The notes beneath the pieces were generated by a model. That model had not been told where the DNA came from, did not search any database, and saw nothing but the letters and a program-made list of their open reading frames with translations. Both the position numbers and the translations under genes were made by a program. A stretch of DNA of 64,000 nucleotides from an uncultured Gemmataceae bacterium (GTDB lineage: Bacteria > Planctomycetota > Planctomycetia > Gemmatales > Gemmataceae), in NCBI GenBank assembly GCA_963750165.1, contig CAVVPN010000012.1:1056001-1120000 (forward strand), written 5' to 3'. Position 1 is the stretch's first letter; every line of letters starts with the position of its first letter. Positions 62,938 through 64,000 of this stretch are shown here, piece after piece.

Positions 62938-64000
62938 TCAGTCCCTCGTGACGATGTCGGAAAACTCGCCCGCGTTGTCGGCGAACGACCGCACGGGAAT
63001 GTCGAAGCGGTGGAGCATCGTGAGGAAAAGATCGCCGAGGGGGCGCTCGGTTTGCTGTTTGATGAAGCGGCCGTGGCGCAGTCCGAGGTTTCTGCCGCCC
63101 GCGAGGATCGTGGGGTAGTTGCGGGCGTTGTGCGTGGTGCTGGTGCCGCTGCCGTAGAGGGCCACGGTGTTGTCGAGCAGCCGATCGTTGCCTTCGCGGA
63201 TCGAGCCGAGGCGGTTGAGGAAGTAAGCAAACTGCTCGGCGAGGTAGCGGTCGTATCGGCCCCAGGGCGTGGTCGGTCCGTGGCTGAGGCCATGATGTCC
63301 GTTGCCGAAGCCGAGAATTGACGGGAAGCGGTCGCAGATGCCGACGCCGTCTTCGGCACACAGCTGGTAGGCGGCGACGCGCGTCGTGTCGGTCTCGAAC
63401 GCCAGCACGATCAGGTTGAGCATGGTGCGGATGTAGTCGGTCGGCCCGCGCGGCGAGACGTCGAGGTTGATGGCCTGACGGTTGACCTGCGGCAGCGCCC
63501 GGCCGAGCCATTCCTCGGAACGAACCAATCGGGTTTCGACCTCACTGAGCGATTGCAAGAATTCATCGAGCCGTTGCTGATCGGGCCGGCCGAGGTTGTT
63601 GCGCAGCGAACGCGAGTCTTCTAGCAGGAAATCGACCCGGCGGCGGCCGGAGGCGAGGGCCCGCGCACGCGCGGCGCGGTCGCCGTCGGTGGGCGGCTCG
63701 AACAGGCGCTCGAAAATGCGGCGCGGGGTCGATTCGGCGGGAATCGCGCGGCCCTGGGCGTCGAAGGAAATCGTCGTCGATCGGCTCTTGGTGCCGACGC
63801 CGCCGTGGCTCGAAAGCACCAGCGAAGGAATACGCGTCTGCGAGCCGTACCGGCGGCCGATCGCCTGGTCGATCGAAATCGAGTTTTGCAGATTGACGCG
63901 GATGTCGGCCCCGGTGAGCCAGACATCGACCGTGTTATGCCCGACGAGCTGGCGGCTGGTCGGGTGCGACAGGCCGCCGAAGATGGTCAGGTCGCGGCGA
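62938..64000 (-). CDS. DUF1552 domain protein (5' end outside the window)
   Basis: GHNT..WLTG..ISIDQ, PRRIFERLF, RLDEFLQSL.EVE, LAFETDTTRV, HHGLSH, LLDNT..LYGSG...H...NYP.ILAGG. Confidence 0.9.
   Translation of the reverse strand, partial: RRDLTIFGGLSHPTSRQLVGHNTVDVWLTGADIRVNLQNSISIDQAIGRRYGSQTRIPSLVLSSHGGVGTKSRSTTISFDAQGRAIPAESTPRRIFERLFEPPTDGDRAARARALASGRRRVDFLLEDSRSLRNNLGRPDQQRLDEFLQSLSEVETRLVRSEEWLGRALPQVNRQAINLDVSPRGPTDYIRTMLNLIVLAFETDTTRVAAYQLCAEDGVGICDRFPSILGFGNGHHGLSHGPTTPWGRYDRYLAEQFAYFLNRLGSIREGNDRLLDNTVALYGSGTSTTHNARNYPTILAGGRNLGLRHGRFIKQQTERPLGDLFLTMLHRFDIPVRSFADNAGEFSDIVTRD

Overview
GC-rich bacterial DNA, almost certainly a planctomycete (probably Gemmataceae-like), judged from DUF1501, DUF1549/DUF1553 (PSD1), DUF1552 and DUF4058 genes and LESLExR-type extracellular N-termini. 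Positions 1-37 kb are mostly chromosomal backbone: a phosphohexomutase, glgB, an S9 peptidase, ftsY, nusB, an HtrA-like protease, a GT39 transferase, an ~11 kb giant adhesin with 16 cadherin-like repeats, and several REP-like palindromes. From ~37 kb the window becomes a plasticity zone. It holds an integrase-less cluster of integron attC sites (3 complete, 2 half) with an SMI1/KNR4 cassette, and every attC start is preceded at 18-23 nt by a GGGG(A/T)C motif. It also holds an ISL3 with a second IS nested inside it, an ISL3-type MITE, and a vapB-vapC-tyrosine recombinase operon beside a symmetric dif-like site. Further right are an IS3, a tRNA-Pro 3' fragment (att site) with an integrase stub, a multiheme cytochrome cluster and an IS701. 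Several frameshifts fall at GCGC and are probably sequencing errors. All family assignments come from motif recognition by eye, not database searches.
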